A stretch of 60,553 nt of DNA, filler included, from Asterionella formosa (GCA_002256025.1; 14 parts of 14 records of this genome joined end to end with filler, not necessarily neighbours in it); one strand, 5' to 3'. Numbered from the whole stretch's first letter, positions 1 to 12,439 are shown. Made by a program: numbers and translations. Notes: a model not told the origin generated them from the sequence alone.

Positions 1-714
1 ATCTCCCGCATTTGTTTCAAATACTTCAGCAACGCCTCCAGTGGAAATACCCAATGAGTTTCCCTTTTCCAGTACTTTCCGAGCAACATGTCTCGATGCG
101 TCGGTGACACCCATGCTTCGCAATATTTGCTTAAAACCGGGTACTCGAAGGGCACTACTGGCTGCTAGACCGCGGAATGGAAAACCAAACACAGTTGGCC
201 AACAAATCATGGCGAGGAGGTTTCCATAAGGGAAAACACCATGCGGAGGTGCCACGAGGATTCGTCGTTGGTTGGGTAAGAGCTGTTCGTCGGTGATGAA
301 TCTAAAAGAAAAATACTTGCTGACAGCGATTGCCAACCACGATTGAAGAACGGTAGGTACAAATGCCTGGGGCATAATGATGAGGGGTAGAATGAAAAGG
401 ATGAACACTAGAAAGGTGACCTGGATGCTCCCTACAACAAAATATCCGAAAGCGCAAAGAATTGCTGGGATCGTGAAAATTCCATTTGGAACCCCAACTG
501 CCAGAAATGCAACGCATGCAATGTGTTGCAGCAGCGTCATATGCTCGAGGTGCAAAATATCCTCTTTTGTGACTTTCGAAGCAGGAATTTGGATTTTCAT
601 CCGATCGCCATCCGAGGCGCCGGCAAGGCGTCGCATTTCTTGCTGCGAGAGTCCACAGAAGTCGATAAACATCGGCTCTTTGTGTTGAATCGACGAAGCT
701 TTTCCCTTCGACAT
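1..714 (-). CDS. DGAT2: Diacylglycerol acyltransferase type 2 (DAGAT family), 3'-truncated by the window edge
   Basis: Uninterrupted minus-strand ORF from ATG at 714 to base 1 (238 codons), absent from the ORF track: MSKGKASS..., hydrophobic segments, KYFSFRF, ILVAPPHGVFPYG, FRGLAASSALRVPGFKQIL, DASR, SLGISTGGVAEVFE. The PHG and GGxxE motifs are in DGAT2 order. Confidence 0.9.
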   Translation of the reverse strand, partial: MSKGKASSIQHKEPMFIDFCGLSQQEMRRLAGASDGDRMKIQIPASKVTKEDILHLEHMTLLQHIACVAFLAVGVPNGIFTIPAILCAFGYFVVGSIQVTFLVFILFILPLIIMPQAFVPTVLQSWLAIAVSKYFSFRFITDEQLLPNQRRILVAPPHGVFPYGNLLAMICWPTVFGFPFRGLAASSALRVPGFKQILRSMGVTDASRHVARKVLEKGNSLGISTGGVAEVFETNAGD

Positions 715-1644
715 GTTAATAGTTAATGAGTGATATGAAGAACGTCAGGTCGAGCGGATCATGAGGGAGAAAAACGTGAGGAGGTGCGAGAGAAGTTATC
801 ACAGGTTTAATGACGATGAAGTTATTCTTGTTTGAGTGCTCCTTGATGTTAGTTCGCTATATATATTTAGCTAATATGTACCGGTGGCTATTTATGTACT
901 CTATCAAAGAAGGCTATTGCAAGTCACGATGACTGAGGACTCGACTGTAGTCCAATGAAACAAATGATGCACTCCCATGTCAACAATCTTGTTACCAAGA
1001 CTGATCATTTCCATCAATGAAAAGAAGGTTTTATGTCAACAGAAGGCTCTAGAATCGGTTGCAAAAGTGTGATGTGCAATGCCAAGGATGGGATTAAACT
1101 CAGAGTTTATTTTAGCTAATAAGCTCATAGAAAGCTAAACACTATGGTAATTAATGAACAATGAAAAAGAAGTGACATAGTAAGGGCACTAGTGAAAACT
1201 AGGGAGAAGGGCTACATAGCAACAAGAGATAACAGTACCAGTACCAGTAACAGTAACAGTAACAGTGCCAGCGCCTGTACTGGTGCTTCGATCCTGGAAG
1301 GTCCAGCAACACACGTTGTATGTGCACCTGTTAAGTTTCGACTTTCTCCCAATGATTCATGCCTCAGTTGATAAATAACTTATTTTACATATTTTGCTTC
1401 GATTATTCATGTTATTGATTCAGTCTTAGTCTTATTTTTTTGCAGCTAGTACTGTGAGAGTTTCAAATCTGCGCATATGTACATAGACTGCTTCTCGAAT
1501 TCGCTAAACGTATATATATAAAAATCCACATCGCTCTATGTATATATACTCTATCTCTATACTCCGATCAACAATCATTATGTATCATGCAACCCAGCGG
1601 TTTGGCGCACTCTGCCCATTCTTTCGTCTTGTGTATTCTACAGC

Positions 1645-1870
1645 ATCTACGCCGCGGATTAAGTGAAGTGACATTCACGTCAATAAGCCTAGCTGCTTTT
1701 GAATGGATCACATGAATTAGTTGAATACATCAAAATGCGCTCTTGAATATATCAACTACATTATCTGAATACATCAGGTTAATTATTTGATCAGCGAATC
1801 ATGCATGCATTCCTGATCATCACTATATTACATGATCATCTTCACGTAATTATTTGAAACACTTCACGTA
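1645..1870 (+). repeat. Dispersed non-coding repeat family R1, copy 1
   Basis: Aligns by eye to 51585-51810 (ttttgaatggatcacatgaattagttgaatacatcaaaatgc...catgcatgcattcctgatcatcactatatta). Confidence 0.85.
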
Positions 1871-2389
1871 AATATGTGATTTAGTTAACGTAACCTTCAA
1901 ATTTCGTTGACGTAGTGTATCAATTCTGTTCACGTCATTCCATAATTTAGTTCAGTTTATTTTCCGATGTTCATTCAACTAATTATTCAACTAACAATCA
2001 GAGGGTCGTTCAACTATTTATTTGAAGGTTGTTCAATTAATTTAGAAATTGATAGATGTAGTTGACTAATTCAACTATTTCACTCAACATGGGGACAAAT
2101 CTCGACATGCAATCAAGGCTGTCCTTTCAGAATGGAATCTTCAGCTCTTGGAAAGGCAGGCATTATGGGACGTCTCTATGGACAATGCAAGAACAGAAGA
2201 CGTTCATTCAGAATGGAACAATTTTCACTCTTAAACAGGCATCATTGTGCGCCATCGTTGCAACAAGAATGCACCACACTGGCTTCCTTCTTTTCTTTGA
2301 AACGCCTTCTTGTTCATTGAACTACACAGATTGCCATAGCAACAGTGTGGCATGAATTTATTCGATAGAACTAGCTACAACAGAAAGCA

Positions 2390-2452
2390 ACACATACACA
2401 CACAGGCCACACACACACACACACACACACATACATACATACATACATACAT

Positions 2453-2487
<35 letters not shown>

Positions 2488-2502
2488 TATATATTTATAT
2501 AT
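2390..2502. repeat. Compound microsatellite (CA)n-(CATA)n-(CA)n-(TA)n
   Basis: Directly visible. Confidence 0.97.
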
Positions 2503-2559
2503 GCGCCATTCAACTGTTTCATCGAGCCATTCAAAATGACAGCAACACACCAGCATCAG

Positions 2560-2990
2560 TCCGAAAGCACCAAAACTCACTCCATATATTCAAAAGAATG
2601 GTCCTGTTCTGGAATGGCCTGCCAAAATGTCAAATAAATGTAGAGAACAATAACAGATTAGTGTGAGTTATCGCTCCCTTTGCTGATATGATGACAAAAA
2701 CTTGAAAAATAATCTTACCTTAAAAGCCTCCATTGCTGATCTTAATGTTGCATCATTTCACCTTGTTCTATCGCTCCTGCTTTTAAAAGAACTATCCTTT
2801 TCTGAAAAGAACTGTTCAAATGTCAAATGAATATAGAGAACAACAGAAGATCAGCATGAGTTATCATTCGCTTGGTGATCATATGATAACAAAATATAGT
2901 AAGCAAATTTAACTTACCTTAAAATCATCCAGTGCGGATCTCCATGTTGCGTCATTCTTCAACCGTCTGTTGGTACGACAAACAGAGTAT
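2560..2990 (-). pseudogene. Decayed spliced gene of unknown function with a duplicated exon-intron module
   Basis: Introns 2812-2917 and 2619-2718 (AAG|GTAAG...CAG) resemble each other. The exons end NDATWRSALDDFK and NDATLRSAMEAFK. The 93-nt middle exon 2719-2811 has an in-frame TGA. Confidence 0.5.
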
Positions 2991-3439
2991 GAGTTGATGA
3001 AGGATTTGTTAATAGTGAGGCAGCTCAAAAGCAGAAAGGGGACACTGGTTGTCAGGGTTGTCTCCATGTTAAAAACATGTTGTTCACTGTGGTGTTGAAT
3101 GTTGTTTCTAAACTCAGATGGTCGAAAATCCTGGGGCAGCCATGATTTCTTCTTTGTATCACAACAACGTACAATCTACACGGAAACAACTGGCACAGTC
3201 TTGCAAACAGTTTCTTCCGGACCAATTTTTGAGGCTACAAGAATGACTCTGAACAAATATGGCAAGAAGGAGAGGGCACAACCAATGGTTACTCAAAATG
3301 GCCTAAGCACTGGATGACCCACTAGATTTCTATTAGAAAAACAACCTGTGCGATTCAAACATCTCTTGGCATATGCTATACACGACAAGATTTGACATTT
3401 GTAACATGTCGGTTTACTGGTGAGGGATGACAAATGCAT

Positions 3440-3909
3440 AAATGATTCTGCTTCCGATATTTTGGGGATTATTGAAAATCCCGATTTTGTTGATTTTTTG
3501 GACAATTATTGCTCAACATTAGCTAGGTCTAAGGATTATTAAATACATAGATCATTTCTATATAGCGTCAGAAGTTTACTTCTGGCAAGAAACTGCAGAA
3601 TAGAACCTCGGATTTTTACTATGCCAAATAAACTTATTTCCCCCAAATTTTCAAGTCTTTATAACTAGTTTTAAAACCAAAGTTTCTTTCTGCAGTTTCT
3701 CGCCAGATCCTATCATATCCTGATATTCATTAGAGTTGACCTATACCCATACTTTAACCAATTATTCTATCTAAGCATATGGAAAGGGTGTCCAATGGTG
3801 AAAGCTCCGTTTAGCAATATACATATATATTTTACTCCCAATAAGTGTTTGTTTGATTACTCTGACTCGATATTATTTTTAAACCCTAGTTCAAATGCAG
3901 GAACCTTAA
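3440..3909 (+). mobile_element. Non-autonomous TIR transposon family A, copy 1 (possibly PIF/Harbinger-like)
   Basis: 3440-3706 is homologous in inverse orientation to 30409-30680. It carries the internal inverted repeat gaaactgcagaa...ttctgcagtttc and ends ttcaaatgcaggaacct|taa, as at 31358. Confidence 0.65.
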
Positions 3910-4170
3910 GCAAATTCTAGTGAAGCACAAATGGCACAATAAGCAAAACTGATTGGTTTCATTATTTTCGGCTAAATCAGATGAAAGCTAAATATAATCT
4001 GTTGGCTTATTCAATGGATATCAAGGAGATACACAAGTATCAATTTGGAATTGGAATCATTATCATTAGGTATTTTCTGGACGACGACGTACGTTGGAGC
4101 AATAGATCTATGTAGCAAAACTCCCAAAACTTGCAGGTAGTGCGTCAGGCAACATCTGTAGTACCTGGTA

Positions 4171-4252
4171 CCAGCAAGTTGCAATCATGTCGCTTAAATA
4201 ATCAAATTAATATTGGATAAAGATAGCTAACGTTTTAGCTTCAGCACAATTA
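4171..4252 (+). mobile_element. ~95-bp MITE family B, truncated by contig end
   Basis: TA|CCAGCAAGTTGC...gcttaaataa...gatagctaa...cttcagcacaatt; homologous to 32817-32900 and 35893-35988. Confidence 0.7.
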
Positions 4253-4352
4253 NNNNNNNNNNNNNNNNNNNNNNNNNNNNNNNNNNNNNNNNNNNNTTAA
4301 TTAATTAANNNNNNNNNNNNNNNNNNNNNNNNNNNNNNNNNNNNNNNNNNNN
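4253..4352. other. Artificial contig spacer, first of 13. The others start at 8604, 12954, 17302, 21648, 25979, 30309, 34612, 38939, 43263, 47585, 51907 and 56228.
   Basis: Identical N44-TTAATTAATTAA-N44 blocks with stops in all six frames, separating pieces of about 4.2 kb. Confidence 0.99.
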
Positions 4353-7334
4353 AATGGTCTGGTTTCTGCAACCATGCGCATCGCTGTAGTAGCCTGACAC
4401 CAGTAGCAGTATTTCCGCCACAGTCATTCCTCTCCGCTGCCCACCAAACAAGCAACCCTGATCATTCCATTCTGAGCAAGCGTGATCGCCACGCTGCTCC
4501 AGAACTATTGACTCTCTCTAGCTGAGTATTCATGTAGCTTCTGATACGAACTCGCAGTAGAAATGTAGCAAAGCGCGTTAGTACAAGAAAAGCATTGCGT
4601 GGCGGCAATATTGACATCATTGTCAACGACTATACAAATCAACAAATACGATCAACAACGGCACAATACCACATCTTCAATGAGTAGTCATTGATTAATG
4701 CATTGGTTCTTATGTAGATATGTACAATCGAAACAAAACGATAGTGCGTAACGACAAATAACGATGGAAGCGATCAAAACAAACCACGGAAGCAATCAAA
4801 TCGGAAAGTCGATAAATACGATCTACAATCCACATTCAGTGTTTCACTGTTGTACTTACCAATCCGCTTCAACTAGCATAACAAGCAGCAGACGATGGGA
4901 TAAAAGAAAGACGAACGTTGCCTATTGCAAGCCCGAATAGAGCAAAGGCAGGCAAGATAGAGTGAGAACTATATTTGTGAGGACGAAATCGGGCATACGG
5001 TACGTAAAATCAATGAATATGTGAACGATATAATTCAACATTTCAGGTCTCGTAAAAATAATACCAAGTCTACAGAGATATTATTATAACGTGTTCAAAG
5101 TAAGCGTTAAAGCATGCATGGTTTTTTTAGTAACACGTACGTATGTAGACTAGAACACTGCCGGTACCATCACCGGTAGAATATCCGTTGAGCATCATTA
5201 CATACATGACCGGAGCAAAAACTTTCCACCAACATCAGATGTATCGATATCATCGTTCGTCCGACGAAATATGGACGATGCGACTACATGAATACCTCGA
5301 GAAGACAAGTAATCCAACAATCAACCGCATCCGTTAGACAAAGAATCGCTACTGGCGTCATCGCGGAACTGATTTCGCTTCAAACCGGTCATGATGGACG
5401 ACGATTGGCATGGTGAAAGGTGAATTGCCGGAGTCCATTTTTCAGGAGACGAACAAAAACGAGGTGAATTCTAGATATAAATTATTAGAATCTGTATAGT
5501 ATATAAAATGGTTTTCTTAAGTAGACCCCTTGCCGATTTCGGCAATCCCAGGGCTGGAAAACCGAGGGGCAATTGGCGTCTGTTGTCTTGCCAAAATGCG
5601 AACATATGAAATCTATAAAATATATTTTAGCGATGGGCAATATCGGACCTTTGGCAATTTTCGAGGTGAAGATAGGAAATATCCAAAATACATTTTATAT
5701 GATGGGCAATAGTAGGCTAAAATTGACATTTATGCTAAATTTGTGGGCAGTAGGTAAGCGAATGACGCTACGATAGCTAGAGCGGGAATTGCCTCAACAA
5801 TACCCTTCTCGGCGGCTACTTGCCTTCTCGTATACATGTGTACTCGCAGGCAAGAGACCACCTCGGGCGTGTATTGCCTTCAGCAATTCTATAGTGTACA
5901 TTTGCCTGCCTACTATGTATGGTGATTCCATTTCCAACCTTAAACAAGTGTACCTAACGTGTTATTTTTTGACCATCCCAGCTGGTTTGCAGTAGAAACT
6001 ATAATTGGCAATAGTCTGACTTAGCCAAAATTATGCATGGAAATCAAATCTATTTTGGCTATCATGGCATTTGCTTCCATTGATTTCGCTCAAAGGAGGA
6101 CTGCTTTGCACAGTACAGTTCTAGCTTGTAGCAATTTTGCTTATTTATGGCATCACAAGCCTCTCATTGCCCCAACTACTTGCCATAACAACTGATTTAA
6201 CAGTACCATCTAAGAACATCATGTGAGAGCCACTGTTTTGAAGATTTTGAACAAAGGATCAATGCTATATCGAATAAATTCACATTTGGACTAAATAGTA
6301 TGCTTCTCCCTGCCTCTTTTCAGCTATAGTTGCAACAATTCTTTTAATCGGCCTGCTTGATCCACGTCCTTAAAAGAAGCCCTCTGTAGAAGCAATATGG
6401 ATTCTCTATGCAAGACGATGCAGGCGACAGGTGCATTGGTTAGATTAGTATATTTAGGCGAGTATAACGCTAAATAGCGATACGTGTGCATTGGTTCTAG
6501 TAGGGCTATTGATTTTCGTTGGCCAGCATACTGACCACCTGTATACTATGTGTGTGTGATATCGCCACGCAATTACTAGCTACGCAAGAGATTCTGCTAA
6601 ATAAACTATAAAGCATGCGTTTCTGGACCAAAAAAATCTTCTTACAGATGTCGAATAATATAGCTGAAGTTTTGTGCAAGCACGGATTTATGACAAGTTG
6701 GCCATGCATGTAGTCAGTCTCATCAGCAGCCTCCCTTTTGAGGTTGCGAAATGAGCAATCGGCAATGTATTGTCACTGTTCCGGTGTTATATCCTTCTTC
6801 TTATGTCTATTGAGCGAGTAATGAATGGTCAACGAAAGGGGGGGGTCTGGAGCAAACATTCCAATTGAGGCGCAATTCTACAAAAAACGCGCCAAAAAAT
6901 CGAGGTCAGGTTCACCAAATTCTAGATTAGTACTTAGAACATGTATTAAATACACCATTATGTTCGGAAAAATATATAAATTTTAAGGGCTGTTGGCCGG
7001 AGAATCATCGGAGCTTGCGCTTCATCATTCGGCCAAGCCGCAAAGTTTGGTTGCAACTATACTAGTTGAACAGAGGGAGTATACTTTGAACAATCTTACT
7101 CAAGCAATGCTAAAGTGATTTATATGATAGCCAGTCATCTTTCTTGTGCTACTTAACATAAATAAGTGCAAAGGTTGCTGTCAACGAGAAATGGAGTGAA
7201 CAGGCAAGCTAAATTCATGAAGCAGGCATCACCATTTATTAATATGTAAACATACACAATTTTGTCCAGGCACTCCAATGTAAACAAAAAAGAAACTAAG
7301 CTAGTACTATGACAGCAATGCTATTGGCACTGGT

Positions 7335-7632
7335 TGACCTATGATGGTACAGTATGTACCATACCAGCCGAACTAAATTAGATGGTATAAGCCCTTTACA
7401 ACGTTAACCAGCCTTATACTAGGCTCTTCTACATAGATTATTCATGTTCTTACTCTCACCATAGAGGGTTACATAATACTCAGTGTATGGTGTATATGTC
7501 AACCCTAGTACTAGCGTGTAGTTCCTATTACATATTGCATTATGTACCCAAGACAATATGACTGCTCCCGTATATTATAACTATTGGTACATAATGTACC
7601 TATAGAATAGATGTAGTAATGCTAGGCTAAAT
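7335..7632 (+). mobile_element. Solo LTR related to the Gypsy LTR at 59984-60376
   Basis: Collinear blocks tgacctatg, ggtacagtatgtacca, attagatggtata, aggctcttcta, gtcaacccta, acatattgcatt, tagaatagatg, aatgctaggctaa. Confidence 0.8.
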
Positions 7633-9133
7633 CCTAGTTCTAAGTAGAGTACAAGCTCACGGACCTAGATTCCAAGAAGCTCCTAGTACACTTGAGACCA
7701 CCTAGTATATACACCTCCTATTATGGCCGTTGTGAGTCCCCAGTGATTCCCATTAACCATGAGCTAATTTAGAAAAACTAATCGTTAAGCTCATAATTAC
7801 CAATTCAACAACAAACAAGCATCTACTTTAATCCTGACAATCCGAGGGCAGTGCTCAGCTGATCCTTTCCAGACAGGAGCCAACCTTTAAAGTTTCTTTT
7901 AAAAAATTTCGAAATGGCGGCCAAGTTAGTAAGATTATTAAAGTTAAATTAGCCTTTTCCAATGCAACCACTTTGCACATGCTTAGATACAGTCATTCCT
8001 CGACTAAAGGGTATGATCTATATTCAGATATGGTAAGGACCTCATTTCTGGAGAGAAATGGCAGTTATCCCTTCTGGAATCGTAACTATCCAAAAAATAC
8101 TCAAAAAAGGGGGCCATCAAGCTTTCAAAAAAATCTACGAGGGATAACTGCCACTTCTCTGCAGAAGTTAAATCCTATTCTTATAGAGTACACGGCTATC
8201 TATTTCAATTTACATGAAACCCCGTAGATGTAGAGCAATCCTCCTCCAAAAAGTCGACCCGATTGGCTTTTTCAACAGTCACCTAAATATTGGAATCAGA
8301 ATTTGTACGTGCAACAACGTTCGTATACTTGGAGTCTTGCGCATGTATGTTTCGCTGAATAATTCTCAGTCCGAAAAGACTCCAGGGTAAGTTCCCACGT
8401 CACTACACATATTCTGATTGGTTGAATTGAATTTATTCACCTGCTTCAGATTCGCTGAAGTATCCCGGTCTTGTAAAATCTCGCCAGCCACACTTGAACC
8501 ACACGTATTAGATGTACTGAATACAGGTTGGTAAAGTCAGTACCGGTACTTCCAGTAGTACATCCTGTCCTCCATCATGATGAACCAATATTGTGTACTA
8601 CCTNNNNNNNNNNNNNNNNNNNNNNNNNNNNNNNNNNNNNNNNNNNNTTAATTAATTAANNNNNNNNNNNNNNNNNNNNNNNNNNNNNNNNNNNNNNNNN
8701 NNNAAAACAAAATGACAACTGAAAAGAATGCATCCCATAACTGCGCCGACGAGGTTTCGAACAATCCAGAGGAGACTACATACGGTAATAAGAACCTGAG
8801 ATTGATTCCCACATCATAAGTAATAATATATTGAGCCGTGTTACCATGTGAAGTACCGGTATCTAACTAGAAGTGGTAGTATTTGTTGAATATATGAGCT
8901 TATTAGTTTATCCTTGTTTACAACTCATTCTCCAAGTCGACACCAAAGTATACAATAAGGGTTACCGGTAGTCGAGTTCTTTCATTATATCGAGTTCTGA
9001 TGTATATGACAGAACACTAACCCTATATACATCTGTATTGATGCGCAAGATCGCTCACTCTCCCACACCAAGGGAAAACCTTTTACCTTTTAAAAGATTT
9101 GATGCAATAAATATTAATTCGTCCTGTAGTATC

Positions 9134-9370
9134 TAGCAGAGGATTATTACAATGTACCTCTGGTGGAGTCATTCTATTGTTAGCAGAAGCAGTATGGTGG
9201 AGATACATGTGATCAATATGTATGTAGGTATGTCCTGGAACTTGAACCTATGGATCTAACTGCTACCAGGTACCAGGAGTATATCCAACAGGGTATGAAA
9301 TAAATTCATATAGCAGTGCAAACAATAGTATAATATTATTTGGTAAGTAGTTTCTCTGTGTCCGGCGGCA
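9134..9370 (+). mobile_element. Solo LTR (TAGCAGAGG...GGCGGCA)
   Basis: Highly similar to 10357-10592. Flanked by TATC/TATT, an imperfect 4-bp target duplication. Confidence 0.75.
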
Positions 9371-9753
9371 TATTGTTAAAGTGAGCTCATCTACGTAGTT
9401 ATGACTCGGAGTCAAACGATTCGAATGAGTCATCTTTGATATCTTTGATGTACCAAGCTCTCATCAACCACACATTATACCTTGTTACTCCGCCTATAAT
9501 GAGCCAGACGATATAAGCTATTTCGGAAGACCGATAGTTTGAAAATGAATGATCATGGTTACAAACCTATGGGTCTATCTATGATTGTATGTTTCTAGAA
9601 ATGCAAACAGCATTTGGAGAATAGTTCGTTTGTTAGTTCAAACAGAACAACCTAAACTAGCTAGATTGGTAAACTCACAATAAGAATATAGAAACGGAAA
9701 GAGAAATGAACGTCTCTATCTATAGTCTTCTTTGTCGAACGATATAGATCTAT

Positions 9754-9853
9754 CAAAAAGTTAATACTTTAACAGCATATGGTATTGTCGTGATTGTGTC
9801 AACCAAAAAGGTAATACTTTAACAGCATATGGTATTGTCGTGATTGTGTCAAC
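9754..9853 (+). repeat. 50-bp tandem duplication resembling the 3' end of the adjacent Gypsy integrase
   Basis: caaaaag(t/g)taatactttaacagcatatggtattgtcgtgattgtgtcaac twice; compare gcatatggtatcatcgtgattg at about 10590. Confidence 0.85.
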
Positions 9854-10347
9854 AGGTGTTATATATTTCGCTTGCTAGTTTATCAGACCTTACCACTCTC
9901 GTGTACCCCCGCTCCTTGGAACATCATACCCCTGCGAAGGGCTCGCCCCCTACAGTGGCGCCTGTCGACAGAACAAATCGTCGGCCGTTGAACGCCGCAC
10001 AAGTACAGTTGACCGTTGAACGTCTTTTTGCTTGCATACCCACCTTCCTTGATTGCTACCTTCCCATCTCTCAAGCATCGCCGACCCCTGGCTTACCGAT
10101 CCTCAAATGGGGGGGATATAACCTGCAATGGTGGATCTAGCCTACACAGATGCTCAGAGGATCACAGATAGGGGAGACATTTCCCTTGGCAGCAGAATAG
10201 CAGAAAGGGGAGATTATTGCGCCACACCAGTAACCGATCATATGAATTGATGTGAAAATTCTTCATATTTGCTCAAATTTTATGATTGATTCCACAGCAA
10301 ACCTGGGTAATCTTATGGCACATATACCTTGGTTTAACAGCTTGAAT

Positions 10348-10592
10348 GAAGGGGAGTAGCAGAGGATTATTACAATGTACCTCTGGAGGAGTCATTCTAT
10401 TGTTAACAGATGCAGTATGGTGGAGATACGACATGTGACCAATATGTATGTAGTAGGTATGTGCTGGAACTTGAACCTATGGATTTAACTGCTACCAGCA
10501 GTATATCCAGCAGGGTGTGAAATAAATTCATAGAGCAGTGCACACAATAGTATAATATTATTTGGTAAATAGTTTTTCTGTGTCCGGCGGCA
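10348..10592 (+). mobile_element. Polypurine tract plus 3' LTR (same family as 9134-9370)
   Basis: gaaggggag immediately precedes TAGCAGAGG at 10357; the LTR ends GGCGGCA at 10592. Confidence 0.7.
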
Positions 10593-11700
10593 TATGGTAT
10601 CATCGTGATTGTTTTATATTTTGCTTGCTAGTATGCATGGTTTGTTGCAAAATAAGTATACCATTGGCATATACTTGAATATTAGAATAAGGACCTCGTC
10701 CACAGTAATCCAAGGTAGTAGGATTATCCAATAGGATTAAAATCTCGTCACCAAATTTGTAATCACAAGAACGATGATGGAAATTATCACGACGTAGGCA
10801 TTTGTCAATTATCACTTGTCGACATTGATATCCCAATATTAATTGCATATCTGTAAGCAAAGGAATATTTAATATCATATCATGTTGGAAAATCCAGCCA
10901 TATTCCTGGTGAAATACGCAATGTACTATAAATAGTAGCTCGAGCTGCATAGTATGATGCAGCTGCAAAACATGTATCCAAGATATTCTGAGCTTGAAAT
11001 TCCTTGATTGGAGGATGAGCCTTTAACATAACTCGTAGACTGTTACTGATAGATTGATGTAAACGTTCACAGATAGCATTTGTTTGCGGATTCTTGACGG
11101 TAAAAGTCCCATTTTTTATTCCATTCAACACTAACATGTGTATGAACGGAATACTAGGAAATTCACCTCCATTGTCATGTATACAACGTTCAGGATGGAG
11201 ATATCTGTCTAACCAATCATTTTCAAATTTCATCGCAATATATTCTGATGTCTTATTATTGATATGATGTGAAATTTCTGGTAAATTGGTGACATCGTAA
11301 ATACAATGCATTCCTTGGTGGAAGTTCACCAAAAACCTGCACCAGGTAATTTTGTACGTTTTGACATGTTTCACATATGCTTGCAATATGTTCCACTCTT
11401 GCTTTTAATGGAGGGTAATATAAAATGTGTAGAAATTGTAGCATTTAATCTTGTCATACCCACATGATCTAACATCTGATGATACCAATTAATAATAGGA
11501 TCCAATAGTGATGTAGGAATAGCAATACGCCAAGTATCGTCGAAATCATACATTTATGTATATAGACATATTGACCAAAATTCATATGGCCTACCGGTAG
11601 TACTGTATAATTGCTGGTAATTACTTCCATCATGGAAATACCACAATAGTGCAGCGGAAAACTGAATATGCTCATGTGTTTAGGATCATTTGATCATATT
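10593..11700 (-). mobile_element. Degenerate Ty3/Gypsy integrase (zinc-binding domain, rve core, C-terminus), frameshifted
   Basis: WRIAIPTSLLDPIINWYHQMLDHVG, ICETCQ, FENDWLDRYLHPERCIHDNGGEF, KNPQTNAICERLHQ, DYKFGDEIL...GPY...VYANG, spread over several frames. Confidence 0.9.
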
Positions 11701-11904
11701 TTTAAGATCAATTGATCCTGATTCTTGAAAATAAATGTTGATTGTTCATTTTCTCATCAACGACACCGTTCATCATTTGATCAATATGTTATGATCAAAG
11801 GTATAGGATAAACGAATCTAAATTCATTGATTAAAGATCATAGTTTATACCGGAGTAGTTGCTCATGCATGCAACCCCTTCCTCCCCCTGCATCTAAGAC
11901 GCCG

Positions 11905-12280
11905 TTTACGGCACTTTTTCGAATTTATGTGTAAAGTGACGTATTTATGCTACTTTTTTAAAATATTATGTTACTTTTCTAAAATATTATGTTACTTTTT
12001 TGAAATATTATGCTACTTTTTCCCTAATTTATTCGGGTTAAACAAAAATTTATTTCACTTATCGAATAATTATGTGATCACACCAATAATTATGTGTGTT
12101 CGTGACAATATATGTTGACCAACTAGCCATCGCAACAGTTTAAAAGCGAAATTATGCTGCTCTGCCGCAATATTATGCTGCTTTCACCATATAATGAACG
12201 AAAGAGTCGCCAATTCCGATACACTTATTATTTTTTCCGCTCCGACATATCACTTTGATCTGAACTGGCAAAGAATAACA
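11905..12280 (+). repeat. Dispersed repeat family R2, copy 1, with ~21-bp internal tandem units
   Basis: Homologous to 52345-52680 (gcactttttcgaatttatgt, atcgaataattatg, gaccaactag, ttattattttttccgct). Unit aaatattatg(t/c)tactttt repeats at about 11945-12020. Confidence 0.8.
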
Positions 12281-12439
12281 CATGCAAGAGGAAGATTCAC
12301 ACTGTAGAATTCAGCACACGTAGTAGTAGTAGTTGATGTTGTAGACACATAATTAAGTCATTGTTGATTGTAGAGATTACAATAGCCTGCCAGATTGGAA
12401 ATAAAGCACTGTTGGTCCTCGTTGAGCATCGTTTAGCAT

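Noticed and set aside
4253..4352. Regularly spaced TTAATTAATTAA as a biological repeat or CRISPR-like array
   Set aside because: Always embedded in N runs of fixed length; it is a concatenation linker. ORFs crossing it and gene neighbourhoods across it are artefacts.
4420..4530. TPP riboswitch on the minus strand (TGATCAGGGT...GCGGAGAGGA)
   Set aside because: No CUGAGA motif, no UAAU loop, no plausible P2/P3 stems, and no thiamine gene visible.
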